DNA of 64,000 bases from a virus: the IMG/VR virus record IMGVR_UViG_3300045988_063953; one strand, given 5' to 3'. Shown piece after piece: positions 46,373 to 56,771 of this stretch. Both the position numbers and the translations under genes were made by a program. The first letter of the stretch is position 1. Every line of letters begins with the position of its first letter. The notes under the pieces are model-generated. The model worked only from the letters and a program-made list of their open reading frames with translations. It did no database searches and was not told where the DNA came from.

Positions 46373-47248
46373 TTAGTTTTGATTATCCGTTTGTTGGGGA
46401 CGTTGTCCATTCCTATAATCTTCTCTTTGTTGTTGAGCTTGTTTAGCTTGGTCTGCAATAAGACTTCCTTGTAATGCAGTATGATATAAATCAACAGCAT
46501 GTTTAAGAATATCTTCGTGCATAAATTCAGGTAGATTACAATCAACATTTGTACCATTCAAATCTTCAGAATATCTAACAACAGCAGGTTTCTCTATATA
46601 AGAAACACGAAGTTGATATGGTACAAGATTGTTTTCAAGAGTGTAATAAGTACCGTCTTTTTTAGTAAACTTGTCAATATACAAATCAAAGATACCATTA
46701 CTATGAGTAACAATAATAGGAGAACGAAGTCTGTTTTTTAGAAGAAAATCATTAAGAGCGTCTGCAAGAAAAATATCATCAATGATACGAACAGGAAATA
46801 AATTAGTTTCAAGAGCATCTTTATCGAAGATAGGAGCAGTATCATCTGTACCATTATACCCTGTATTAGTAGTCTTATAATTAATACTAAAATCTACATA
46901 AAACAGAGTATTAGGAAAAGGTGTAGGCTTAGTCGCATCTTCAGTACTCATCTTACCAGTCCTGCTATTCTTAACCCTAAACCCTAAAGCAGGATTAGAA
47001 GTAGCAAGTGGTAAGATAGAAACTTTATATAATGTTCGCAGTGCATTAACAGTACCAATCTTAGAACTATCTGTAATAATTCTATCATTCTTAATACCAA
47101 CATTTTCTCGGATAAGTTGATTTATCGTATCAGAAATACTCGTATTAATAAGTAAATCAATCTGCTCAGGAAGAATAGCCCGAACATTTTGCATACCCAT
47201 TTGTTGAGCAAACTGACGGAAGAACACGTGCATCTGAGAAATGTTCAT
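46373..47248 (-). CDS. head-module protein, function unknown
   Basis: 291-aa ORF, tightly packed downstream of the capsid-accessory gene. Confidence 0.65.
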   Translation of the reverse strand: MNISQMHVFFRQFAQQMGMQNVRAILPEQIDLLINTSISDTINQLIRENVGIKNDRIITDSSKIGTVNALRTLYKVSILPLATSNPALGFRVKNSRTGKMSTEDATKPTPFPNTLFYVDFSINYKTTNTGYNGTDDTAPIFDKDALETNLFPVRIIDDIFLADALNDFLLKNRLRSPIIVTHSNGIFDLYIDKFTKKDGTYYTLENNLVPYQLRVSYIEKPAVVRYSEDLNGTNVDCNLPEFMHEDILKHAVDLYHTALQGSLIADQAKQAQQQREDYRNGQRPQQTDNQN

Positions 47249-47263
47249 ACACTTAAATATAAA

Positions 47264-48415
47264 TTAGAAGAGTTTCAACTTATTCTCATAAACAGTACGT
47301 ACAGTACTATTGTCAGGATTATCAAAATAAGCTACTGCTTCATTAAGATTAGCACCAACAAAAGCACCGTCTGCTGTAGAGATTTGCTGATTAAATTCAG
47401 ACCTAATAAGTTCACCTCGTGAAATCAAAGTTTCAACAAGAGCTTTAGTCATAATATGTTTATCTGAATAAACCTTATTAAACTTATCAGGATGCTGATT
47501 AGCATAATCCATAATAATAGAAGATTTCAAAGACCTATCTTTAAGAAGTGCTTCAATAAGGTTTTCACCATTAAGAACAGCAATAGCTGTGTAAACAGCA
47601 TTGAACTTAGCTTCAGTACCATCAAGTTCAACAAAGTTACGCATAGCCAACTTACGTTCCTCTATCAACTTCTTAGTTTTCTCAGCCTCCTTAACGTCAT
47701 CTTTAATATAGAAACGAATAGAAGGGTTAGAATTAATAAGAGCAATGTCTTTTGCAACCTCTGAATAAAGTAGACAATGACGATACATTAAATACTCTTC
47801 AATGTTCTCTGGACGACCATACTGATATTTAGTACTCTCAAGAGCATTAAGTTGCTCAATTTTTTCATTAAGAGCTTTCTTTAATTCAGATATGTTACCA
47901 CGATTAACATTATCATAACGAGTATTAATTTCATCCTCTTTAGCTTTAATAGCTAAATAATCTCTCTTACGACGATAAATAAAAGAAGTATTAATAACAA
48001 CACTCTTCTCATTAACAGTCATAGAAATATTACTTAGCCAAGCCTTAACACGAGTAACAAAGTTAGGATTATTAGGAGATATACCAATAATCGCAGGGAA
48101 ATAAGCTTCAACCTCTCCTTGATTAGATGCAAGTACTCTACAAGAACGAATACAAGAACCAATAACTTCAGTCTTCTGACCAAGAGTTTTAATGTTCTTC
48201 TTTCGGTAATTAGAATAATTATGAATAAGAGCAATAGTTACATTACGCTTTTCTCTATACTCTTTATCTAAATCATCATCAAGAATTTCACTACCAGCAG
48301 TAGGAGTACTATTAGGAGTAGTAATTCCCTCTGCTGGAGTAGGAGTTGGAGTCTTATCTTTATCTTCTGTAGGAACATTACCATTAGCGTCCTTATTTGG
48401 AATTGTAAGTGCCAT
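47264..48415 (-). CDS. head-module protein (auxiliary capsid protein by position)
   Basis: 383-aa ORF directly downstream of the putative major capsid gene. It has a P/T-rich N-terminal tail. Confidence 0.6.
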   Translation of the reverse strand: MALTIPNKDANGNVPTEDKDKTPTPTPAEGITTPNSTPTAGSEILDDDLDKEYREKRNVTIALIHNYSNYRKKNIKTLGQKTEVIGSCIRSCRVLASNQGEVEAYFPAIIGISPNNPNFVTRVKAWLSNISMTVNEKSVVINTSFIYRRKRDYLAIKAKEDEINTRYDNVNRGNISELKKALNEKIEQLNALESTKYQYGRPENIEEYLMYRHCLLYSEVAKDIALINSNPSIRFYIKDDVKEAEKTKKLIEERKLAMRNFVELDGTEAKFNAVYTAIAVLNGENLIEALLKDRSLKSSIIMDYANQHPDKFNKVYSDKHIMTKALVETLISRGELIRSEFNQQISTADGAFVGANLNEAVAYFDNPDNSTVRTVYENKLKLF

Positions 48416-48447
48416 ATTTGTTCTATTAATTTAATTACTATTATGTT

Positions 48448-49923
48448 TTAGAGTACGCACTTTAAGTGCATCATCTTTGTCGCATTGTTTACCTGCAAGC
48501 CGTATGAGTTCTTAATCTCATAGAAAGAAGCATCAATACGAGTAGCAATAGAGTTAGATGGTACAGAACCCCATGCAGCAGGAATTGGAGCAAGTCCTTT
48601 AAGTACACCAGACTGATAAATCTGACCCTTCTGACGAACCTTACGAATATTACGAACTCCCTCATAAGTTGAGAAGTCAAGCATGAATGCCTGATGAGAA
48701 GTAATAGGAAGACCAGTACGAGGATGAATCATACCATTAGACTTGGCATTCTCTGCAATAGTACCCTTATCACAGAAAGCAAGATGCTTTACAGTAATAA
48801 TATGACCATCAACTGTCTTATAACGACGGAAGTAATTTCCATAAGAAAGACCACCCTCAAAGTTGTCAATCATCTTATCACCAAGAGGAGTAGCAAAACC
48901 CTCACCCTTAGCATCAGAACGAATAGCCTCATCGAAATCATCCATGAAACCTTTACCACCAGCAAATACAACTTCCATCTGACCTGTATCAGTATTCTTA
49001 TCAAGAACATCACCAACACTACGCTTAATCTTATGAAGAGTAAGAAACTCACCATAAGTTTCGTAATTTGACTCATCACAAATCTGAATCATACCTGCAG
49101 TATGAGGAATAGCTTCACTATTTTTAGAATCTACAAGTGTTACTTCACCATTTTCATTACGATTATACTGAGCAATCCAAAGACGCTCTTCATCCATAAC
49201 ACGAAGGGTAATATCATGCTGACGCATCTCTTCATTAATCCAAAGATTAGTTGTACCACCACTCTTAGTCTTAAATTCGTAATTAACTACGGTATTAGCA
49301 ATATTACCACCAATCTGCTTAGAATAACGATGAAATTCAAGTTGACTTGTCATCTTACCCGGACCCATAGTATTACTACGATTACCATCACTGAAAGATT
49401 CGCTAACAGTAGGAGCAGTCATAGACCAATACTTACCAACAGCAAGAAGGTCAAGGTCAACATAAACATTAGGATTTGGATTAGTCAGCTTAAGACGATA
49501 GAGATAACCACCATGAGCACCAGCTCCAAGATCAGCCATAATACGAACCTGAGTAACACCATCAGGAGCAATCAGACCATACTGTTCAATAAGCCAATGA
49601 GTTGCAAATTCAACATCAAATGTAGCACCACCCTTACCCGGAGTAGTATTAGCTGCGTTAAACCATACAACATAATCATTGAACTTCATACGACCCATAG
49701 TCTTCCAATCCCACTGAACCTTATCAATGTCAACAACACCAGTGTTACCTTGACCCTCAGTAAGGAAAGTAAGTGGAAATCTATCATCGTCCATACCATA
49801 GGTATAAGTCAAGATAGAATTAATCTCAGCAGGCTTCTCTGCCATAAGATTAGCAATAGTAGCCTCATTAGAATAACCACGGTCATCATAACGACCACGA
49901 GATACTTCTCTAAGTTTATACAT
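48448..49923 (-). CDS. major capsid protein (crAss-like, HK97-fold by inference)
   Basis: 491 aa, a size and position (portal, one gene, then this ORF) that match remembered crAss-like head modules. Codon usage is locally GC-richer, typical of highly expressed genes. No search was possible. Confidence 0.7.
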   Translation of the reverse strand: MYKLREVSRGRYDDRGYSNEATIANLMAEKPAEINSILTYTYGMDDDRFPLTFLTEGQGNTGVVDIDKVQWDWKTMGRMKFNDYVVWFNAANTTPGKGGATFDVEFATHWLIEQYGLIAPDGVTQVRIMADLGAGAHGGYLYRLKLTNPNPNVYVDLDLLAVGKYWSMTAPTVSESFSDGNRSNTMGPGKMTSQLEFHRYSKQIGGNIANTVVNYEFKTKSGGTTNLWINEEMRQHDITLRVMDEERLWIAQYNRNENGEVTLVDSKNSEAIPHTAGMIQICDESNYETYGEFLTLHKIKRSVGDVLDKNTDTGQMEVVFAGGKGFMDDFDEAIRSDAKGEGFATPLGDKMIDNFEGGLSYGNYFRRYKTVDGHIITVKHLAFCDKGTIAENAKSNGMIHPRTGLPITSHQAFMLDFSTYEGVRNIRKVRQKGQIYQSGVLKGLAPIPAAWGSVPSNSIATRIDASFYEIKNSYGLQVNNATKMMHLKCVL

Positions 49924-49958
49924 ACTTTTATTTATTAATTAAACATTATAAAGAGATT

Positions 49959-51281
49959 TTACAACAAGATGTCATCTATATTTGCTTTTCCTGCTGACTT
50001 AGGTTTAACTCTAACAGTTTTTGTAGCTCTATTATCTTTAGCTTTAAGACGAAGAGTACGAACTTGCTCTTCTTTAATAGCCATATCAACTAAATCTTTA
50101 TATGAACCACCTGTAAATTGAAGAAATGCTCCGATAAGTTCTTTATCTAAATAATCTTTATCAGACATCTTATTCAAATCTCTTTGATATGCAGACATTT
50201 GATTACCTTGTTCGTCCTTAATAGGTTTTGAAAGATAATCATAAAAATCATTACGAGTTAAAGTAATCTTCTTGCCATTAACTTCTCTAACAAAACTTTC
50301 AGGTATTTTGTAACCACCAATAACACCAGAATTAACAGCTTCATTAACAGACTTCCAATAAGCAAGAGTATCATTACGTTCTTGGTCTTGAAGTTCTTTA
50401 GCACGAACAGCATAAGCCTCACGTGTTTCTTTATCCTTTTCTACAAGTAAATCAAGTTGTTGCTTAGCAACATCATAAAGATTACCTGTAGTCTTAAGAT
50501 ACTTAATATAATTATCATCAAGACTCTTATTTCCAAATTCATTAGCAGCAGCACGAATTACATACTCAAGTTGCTGTTCATTATCTTTATCAAGTTGAAT
50601 ACCACTACGGTCAGGAAGTTGACCAAAACCATTAAGAGAACCTCCATTAGCAATGTAGTAATCATCAACTTCTTTAAGATAAGGCTTATCAGCATACAAA
50701 CGATTAATAGCTGCTTCACGTACTTCTTTGCTCTTCAAATCAATAACTGATTCAATATAAGACTTAACACCAGCAGCATCATTTGTAAACTCAACAGGAT
50801 TACCTTCAGCATCCTCTACATCTACACCAACAGCTTCACGAATAGAAGTAATATCAAAGTTAGATGAATCTTTACCATCTTTCTTAGTATCATCATCAAC
50901 TTCCATTGAAGCCATCCAATCTTTAACTTCTTCAGCTTTCTTAAAGACATTACCATCTTTATCAACAAGATTACCATCTTTATCAGCTGTATAATTAGCA
51001 CCATCAAACTCTACAACGGTACCTTCTGAAAGCTCCCCCGTAGAAGCAATGCCATCTTCTGCACCATCTTTTCCATTAGTTTCTGTTGCAGGTTTAGTTT
51101 CTCCACCATTTGCAGGTGCCTCATCAGGATTTTTATTACCATCTGCAGCTGTAATATCTGGAGTTTCTTTGCTACCATTAAGAGGAGTACTTTCCTCATT
51201 AGCAGCTGCTTGATTATTCTCGGGATTAGTAGGAGTACTTGTTGTACCATCCCCATTACCAAAATCAATATCCAAAGCCAT
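49959..51281 (-). CDS. acidic, coiled-coil head-assembly (scaffold-like) protein
   Basis: 440 aa. The N-terminal ~150 aa are low-complexity and acidic (G/D/E/T/N/A), followed by helical KE-rich regions. It lies between portal and capsid and is the first gene after a canonical promoter. Confidence 0.5.
   Translation of the reverse strand: MALDIDFGNGDGTTSTPTNPENNQAAANEESTPLNGSKETPDITAADGNKNPDEAPANGGETKPATETNGKDGAEDGIASTGELSEGTVVEFDGANYTADKDGNLVDKDGNVFKKAEEVKDWMASMEVDDDTKKDGKDSSNFDITSIREAVGVDVEDAEGNPVEFTNDAAGVKSYIESVIDLKSKEVREAAINRLYADKPYLKEVDDYYIANGGSLNGFGQLPDRSGIQLDKDNEQQLEYVIRAAANEFGNKSLDDNYIKYLKTTGNLYDVAKQQLDLLVEKDKETREAYAVRAKELQDQERNDTLAYWKSVNEAVNSGVIGGYKIPESFVREVNGKKITLTRNDFYDYLSKPIKDEQGNQMSAYQRDLNKMSDKDYLDKELIGAFLQFTGGSYKDLVDMAIKEEQVRTLRLKAKDNRATKTVRVKPKSAGKANIDDILL
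51033..51052 (+). repeat. GC-rich dispersed motif copy 13, variant (CTCCCCCGTAGAAGCAATGC)
   Basis: One core mismatch, antisense inside the scaffold-like ORF (peptide ASTGELS). Confidence 0.8.
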
Positions 51282-51330
51282 ATTACTAAGTTTTTAATAA
51301 CAATAATTATATAATTAACTCTATGTGCTG

Positions 51331-51361
51331 CAAATATACAAACATTATTAATACAAGCAAA
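51331..51361 (-). promoter_or_regulatory. Bacteroidota sigma-A-type promoter (TTTG-N19-TATATTTG)
   Basis: On the minus strand, TTTG is at 51361-51358, the spacer is 19 nt, and TATATTTG is at 51338-51331. It lies 50 nt upstream of the ATG at 51281, downstream of the portal terminator. Confidence 0.7.
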
Positions 51362-51604
51362 ATAAAGAGTAGATTTAATAGTGTTAAATATTATGTTATC
51401 AGTATCAAGTTCAGTATTACATTTATTATGCTGCTATCTCCGCAAAGGAGTTATACTCGGTTTATCGGAGTGTGTTTGGCAAACCGAACATCGCTAATTT
51501 GCGTGGTTGCTTGCTGTCTGACAAGCTAAAACTTTATGAGTGATACATTATACAACATAGTCCAACATCGGACAACACACGATAAAAAATAATATTACAT
51601 TAAA

Positions 51605-51647
51605 TAAAAAAGCTATCAGTAAGTTTAACACTTACACCGATAGCTTG
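51605..51647 (-). terminator. intrinsic terminator after the portal gene
   Basis: A long, nearly continuous stem (AAGCTATC..GTAAGT / ACTTAC..GATAGCTT), followed on the minus strand by TTTTTTATTT. Confidence 0.85.
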
Positions 51648-51680
51648 AGTAGTTTGGAAATGTACAATAGTTAGACTACT

Positions 51681-54101
51681 TTATTTATCATATTTATTTT
51701 TATTAGTCTTAGCAATCTTTACTTTAGCTTCAATGTCTTTAAGTTTAACTGCTCTATCAGCAGCTTTACTATAAGCATCAGCTTGTATTCTTGCTCTCTC
51801 TAAATCAGCCTTTTGTTGTTCAATAGCAAGTTTATTTTGCTCAGCCATAGTTGAAAGTCTATTTGAAGCCTCAGCATTTTCAGAACCATTATTAAGTAAA
51901 GCCATATCAACATCAATATATTTAGCTTGAAGTTCATATTGATATTTAAGTTGAGCAGTCTTTCTATCTTCTTCACCTTTAGCTGCAATCTCTTGTAGCT
52001 TAGCTTGAATATTAGCTTGTTGAAGTTCTTGGTCAGCTTGCTTCAAGTCCATTTCATGTTGACGTTTAATTTCACTAAATTGAGCAACAAGAGATTTAAT
52101 TTGACTAACATTATCTCCAGTAATAGCGGCAATAGCCATATCAAGGTCACCGTTTTGTGCAGCACTAAATGCCCATTGTTTAAGCTGATTAAGTTTATCA
52201 ATTTCCTTAGCATCATTACGAACGCTAATAGAATAATCAGCATTAATAAAGGCATTAACATCAAGAGATAAATAACGCTGACTTCCAGTCCTATCTTTGA
52301 ATCCTACAGAAAGACCATCAATAAAAGCAAGTTTAGCATAATCCATATCTCTATTGTAATCAGCTTCACGTAGTTCATCAAACATATGATTAATAATAAT
52401 ACTACCCATAGAAGATTGAGTAATAGCTTGACTTGTTGTAGATGCTCCAGCAGAATTAGAAATTTGACCATAACGCTGCATATTCATATCTACCATCTCT
52501 CTTGCCTCTTGTTTAGTAGCTTCAATAAGTTCAGTAATCTGTCTAATATAATCACCCATATTAGCATTAAGCATACGAATGTTAGCCATCTTTTGACCTG
52601 TAGTATCATCACTATCATCAATAAGAAGAGTACCATCAGCAGCCATCTTATAAAGTTTATCTTCTTCATTAGATGCAATAAGACTTTCAGGAAGTAACAA
52701 TATCAACATCTTATTCTTTGCAATAACCATTTCTCTATGATAAGCAAATATGTTTCGCATTACTTGATAAGGAGTAATAAGTTTAATAATACTAAACTTA
52801 CCCATCATAGGTAGAATTTCCATTATACCATTATAAGGAAGTTTACCTTTACGATTATAAGCAATAGCTCTACTTTTAATAGGATAAATAGCATTATATC
52901 TACCACCTATACGATAACCTTCATAAACTTGCTGTTCCCATATCCATTCAATAGATATATCACCAGCAGCTTTATTAAGTTTATAATCTTCTTCTACAAT
53001 ACGTTGTCCTTGAAGTCCTGCTTCATTAACATAAGTAAGAATACCTTTACGTGCCTCACCTTTCCAAACAACATGCCAAACTTCATAAAGCATATTATTA
53101 CTATCGTAAAGTGATATAGGTTCAGTTCTAAATAGTTCTCTTTCATCTGAATTAAACTTACTACAGATATCAGGATAAGAACTATAATAATCATTATAAG
53201 AAAGATTCTTTACTCTACCTGTACCATAATTACTACTATCATAATAATCAGATAAAAACTTTCTATCTGTTTCAGACAAATCATCTTTGAAGAAATCAGT
53301 AATTTGTTGGTAACTCATCATAATACGACGAGCAAACATATCATGGTCTTCTACAAAAAACTCATTATTAGGAATAGGAAAAGCCTCTAATACAGGAACA
53401 TTTTCTTTAATAATATTATCTCCTTGAATGTCACCATAAGTAAAACATTCTCCAAGAGCAACATAATTAAAATAAGCAGAAAGATAAATTAAATCATCTT
53501 TAGTAGTACTTCGGATATATTCAAAAACTTGTTCTCCTTGAAGTGTTTTTTCATCAATAAACTTATCTTGAATATCCTTAACAAAAGCATCCATATCAGG
53601 AACAACATCTTCTGGCTTTATATCAGGAACTTCTTGACCTGTTTGTTGAGCCTCAGCTTGTTCTTGTTGAACCTTAGCTTCAAATGCTTTTTGGAATGCT
53701 TCTTGAAGTTTCTTTGAAACCTCTTCTTGAACACGAGCATCTCTTGCTACTACAACACTTGGGTCATTAGCACCAACAATAAATTCATGAACACCTTTGA
53801 AATACTCAGATACATAACGTCTAATAATATCAGACATAATATCTAAGTTACGCATCGTTGCAGGAAAACGAGTATACTTTTCTTTACTTGCATTATAAGG
53901 ATTAAGAACTTTCTTATAAAAACGATTAGGCATATCACCATGTAGAATACCTAATACTTGTTTTGTTTCTTCTCTATCATTATAATCTAAACCAGCATTG
54001 ATAATAAAATCAATACAATTACTATACCACTCTGCTTGTTCTTTATCTTCATAACTAACTCTTTGAGCAGGAAAATAAAGGTCATGTCTAATAGTTTGCA
54101 T
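51681..54101 (-). CDS. portal protein
   Basis: 806 aa, immediately downstream of the terminase gene, with a long C-terminal helical Q/A/K/E-rich tail. Size and synteny fit crAss-like portals. Confidence 0.7.
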   Translation of the reverse strand: MQTIRHDLYFPAQRVSYEDKEQAEWYSNCIDFIINAGLDYNDREETKQVLGILHGDMPNRFYKKVLNPYNASKEKYTRFPATMRNLDIMSDIIRRYVSEYFKGVHEFIVGANDPSVVVARDARVQEEVSKKLQEAFQKAFEAKVQQEQAEAQQTGQEVPDIKPEDVVPDMDAFVKDIQDKFIDEKTLQGEQVFEYIRSTTKDDLIYLSAYFNYVALGECFTYGDIQGDNIIKENVPVLEAFPIPNNEFFVEDHDMFARRIMMSYQQITDFFKDDLSETDRKFLSDYYDSSNYGTGRVKNLSYNDYYSSYPDICSKFNSDERELFRTEPISLYDSNNMLYEVWHVVWKGEARKGILTYVNEAGLQGQRIVEEDYKLNKAAGDISIEWIWEQQVYEGYRIGGRYNAIYPIKSRAIAYNRKGKLPYNGIMEILPMMGKFSIIKLITPYQVMRNIFAYHREMVIAKNKMLILLLPESLIASNEEDKLYKMAADGTLLIDDSDDTTGQKMANIRMLNANMGDYIRQITELIEATKQEAREMVDMNMQRYGQISNSAGASTTSQAITQSSMGSIIINHMFDELREADYNRDMDYAKLAFIDGLSVGFKDRTGSQRYLSLDVNAFINADYSISVRNDAKEIDKLNQLKQWAFSAAQNGDLDMAIAAITGDNVSQIKSLVAQFSEIKRQHEMDLKQADQELQQANIQAKLQEIAAKGEEDRKTAQLKYQYELQAKYIDVDMALLNNGSENAEASNRLSTMAEQNKLAIEQQKADLERARIQADAYSKAADRAVKLKDIEAKVKIAKTNKNKYDK

Positions 54102-54117
54102 AATAGTAAATATTTAA

Positions 54118-56394
54118 TTAAAACCAATCTCTTTCAAGAATATGACTTCTATCTTTTTTGACAATCTTCTTTCTATGTTCAAGTTCTTTTGCAGCTTCAA
54201 CATTAGCATAACGCCATTGAATACCTCTTAAAAGCATTTCAGAAACTCTATCAAAGTTACCTAAATTATTCCACTTTTTAAGTTCAAGAATAGATTGATA
54301 ATCATATATAGTTTGATAAAGTTTAATATCATTACCTTTCTTATCTTTACCAATAACTGAATAAAGCATTTCTTTAAGTAAACGAAGACCTTCAAGTTTC
54401 TTAAACTCAGAACCCATATTAATACCATAATGAGAAACTGTTTCAGTTTTAATTTTAGTATCCCAAATATCAACAGGGTCTTTCATAAGATAACTAAGTG
54501 CTTTCCACTTTGAAAAGTTACTAACAGTTTCACCACGATTGACCTCAACACCAACAGTACCAACACAATTATAATACCTTGCAAGATTATAACAAATTCT
54601 ATCAGCTTCTTCAAGTTTTTCAGTACGACCATAATAAGCACATACAAGAGCTGTTTTGAAACCATTATATTTACAAGGGTTCATCCATACTTTGATACTA
54701 TTATGAGAATGTCGAAGAGTAACTTCTTTATTCTCTTTATTAATACCAACTGGGTCATAAGTTATAGAATACATTCCGGGAGGAGTACCAAAACATTCTT
54801 TACCAGTTCTATCAATATAATTAGTCTTTAATGGATTAAACCATTTTCTAATACAACCATGAGGATGTTCATGTCCTTTACGAGGAACACCATTAATCCA
54901 ATCATAAAAATCAACATTGTGTTTACCTCCCTCAGCAGCTATACGTGCATTAGTTCTGAACTCAACTTTATCATTTGTTTCAAACAAAGCACCGTCAACA
55001 TAAAAATTAAAAGCATTATCAGTTCTAAGTCTTTCCTCCCAAGCGAGTAGTTCTTCACTACTAAAAAGATTCTCTGTAGTAGAAGAAAAAGACTCACTTG
55101 GCATATTAGCATACTGACCAAGATAATTAACATAATCACTAAAAGTTTTACTATTCTCTTTTTTATTCTTACGTTCTTTATAAGCAATACGTATAGCAGT
55201 TTCTAAATCAGAATTACCATTTTCATCTAAAGCAAACTTACCATTGTCTTCTCCTTGAAGACCCCATACGTATGGCTTAAAATAACCACAAACTTCATTA
55301 CGACAATCTTTATCCCAAACATTTTCAAAAGGCATAAAGTTAAATGCTTTTGGAGCATAAAAGTTACGCTCAAATACTTGCATATTACCAGATGTCGCAG
55401 TACCCCAAGCAAAGAGATTTCCTGTAAGATATGAACCAGTACGCATAGCAGGTTCAGTAACAGCCATAAATTCATCAAAGTTTTCCATAGTAGAAAGCTC
55501 TTCTACTTTAGTATCCATTGAATCCTTACCAATAGCACAATCAGGATTATTCATTGCAGATACACTAAAAAGTGTACTTCCCCAAGATTTTGGAGATTCA
55601 ACTCCATTAGGTAGTTTGAAACCTAACTTAAAGTTTTCTTTATCTGTAGAAAGAATACCTCTTACAAAAGGTGTTCGAGTTTCAAAGAAACGAAGATTAT
55701 TAATAGCAAAATCAGTAAGACCACCAGTCTTAGTTAGATACTTCTTATCAGCAGCAACATTAATACAAACTTTCTTAGGATTAAGATTTATATTATTAGC
55801 AGTATCTGAAGCCATAATATAAGAAAAACCTCCACGACGTGTTTTGTCAATGATAAGATTAAAACCATTATTACGACAAAAATTCATGATTTCAAAAGTC
55901 CAATATTGAGCATCAATAAACTTAGGAAAATCATAAATCTTTTTACCAACGGCAACATTACCATTATTAGTTGCAGTACGTATGTCAAGCTGTTGAATAA
56001 GAATATAATTAAGATAATTATACATAGTACCAGAAATAGTAATATCTATTACTTTTCCGTTACGTATAAGACAAGGAGCAGTATAACCATTTTTTCTACG
56101 ATATTCTTCTCTCTTACGAAACTGTCTATGAGGTATAGTATCTTCTTTATAAAAACTATATGCTTTATTAGCTCTAAAGAAATCAGCAGCTTCAGTTAGA
56201 AGATGTATATCTATAAACTCATCATCAGCATTTATATTGAGAAGAAATCCACCACTATCTCCAATAAGAAAACTATCATTAAGATCAATATAACCTACAT
56301 CTTTAGCATGGGTATAACGAGATTTATCCTCTCTGATATAATTCAGAAAAGGATAATCTCTAATTACTTCTTCAATAGGTTTATCTATATTCAT
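54118..56394 (-). CDS. terL: terminase large subunit
   Basis: 758 aa adjacent to the portal gene. It has a degenerate P-loop-like IDKTRRGGFS segment and acidic segments downstream. Size and synteny fit crAss-like TerL. Confidence 0.7.
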   Translation of the reverse strand: MNIDKPIEEVIRDYPFLNYIREDKSRYTHAKDVGYIDLNDSFLIGDSGGFLLNINADDEFIDIHLLTEAADFFRANKAYSFYKEDTIPHRQFRKREEYRRKNGYTAPCLIRNGKVIDITISGTMYNYLNYILIQQLDIRTATNNGNVAVGKKIYDFPKFIDAQYWTFEIMNFCRNNGFNLIIDKTRRGGFSYIMASDTANNINLNPKKVCINVAADKKYLTKTGGLTDFAINNLRFFETRTPFVRGILSTDKENFKLGFKLPNGVESPKSWGSTLFSVSAMNNPDCAIGKDSMDTKVEELSTMENFDEFMAVTEPAMRTGSYLTGNLFAWGTATSGNMQVFERNFYAPKAFNFMPFENVWDKDCRNEVCGYFKPYVWGLQGEDNGKFALDENGNSDLETAIRIAYKERKNKKENSKTFSDYVNYLGQYANMPSESFSSTTENLFSSEELLAWEERLRTDNAFNFYVDGALFETNDKVEFRTNARIAAEGGKHNVDFYDWINGVPRKGHEHPHGCIRKWFNPLKTNYIDRTGKECFGTPPGMYSITYDPVGINKENKEVTLRHSHNSIKVWMNPCKYNGFKTALVCAYYGRTEKLEEADRICYNLARYYNCVGTVGVEVNRGETVSNFSKWKALSYLMKDPVDIWDTKIKTETVSHYGINMGSEFKKLEGLRLLKEMLYSVIGKDKKGNDIKLYQTIYDYQSILELKKWNNLGNFDRVSEMLLRGIQWRYANVEAAKELEHRKKIVKKDRSHILERDWF

Positions 56395-56771
56395 TACTTG
56401 AACAAACTTAATATTAATAATCCTATTGATAATATACTACCACCAATAGCAATATTTCTTTGACGCTTAACTTTTTTAACATTAGCATCTTTTTGTTTAC
56501 TTATAACTTTATAATTATTAATGATAATACTATCATTCTTAATTATATCATTAAGTTTACTATTAGTTAACTTACAATATTTAAGCTCAGTAAGTTTAAC
56601 ATTAACTCTACGTAAATCATCATAAGCTATAAGTACACTATCTTTACTAACGCTGTCTGCTTGCTCCCCCGTAAAAGGGATGCGAGCATCAGTATTACTC
56701 TTTGACCAACTTGTAGAATAGTTTGACAGTACTATCATTGTCAAGACTACTAATCTCAATAACTTCTGCAT
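56394..56771 (-). CDS. small protein with N-terminal signal-like and C-terminal transmembrane segments
   Basis: 125 aa. Its stop overlaps the terL ATG (TAATG). Its 5' 77 nt overlap the upstream 96-aa gene in another frame. It contains a GC-rich motif copy. Confidence 0.5.
   Translation of the reverse strand: MQKLLRLVVLTMIVLSNYSTSWSKSNTDARIPFTGEQADSVSKDSVLIAYDDLRRVNVKLTELKYCKLTNSKLNDIIKNDSIIINNYKVISKQKDANVKKVKRQRNIAIGGSILSIGLLILSLFK
56664..56683 (+). repeat. GC-rich dispersed motif copy 14 (CTCCCCCGTAAAAGGGATGC)
   Basis: Exact core, antisense inside the 125-aa ORF (peptide PFTGEQA). Confidence 0.9.

Noticed and set aside
46366-46557. 63-aa minus-strand ORF overlapping the 3' end of gene 46373..47248.
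   Set aside because: It is an out-of-frame overlap with a longer, well-packed gene, and it has no independent support.
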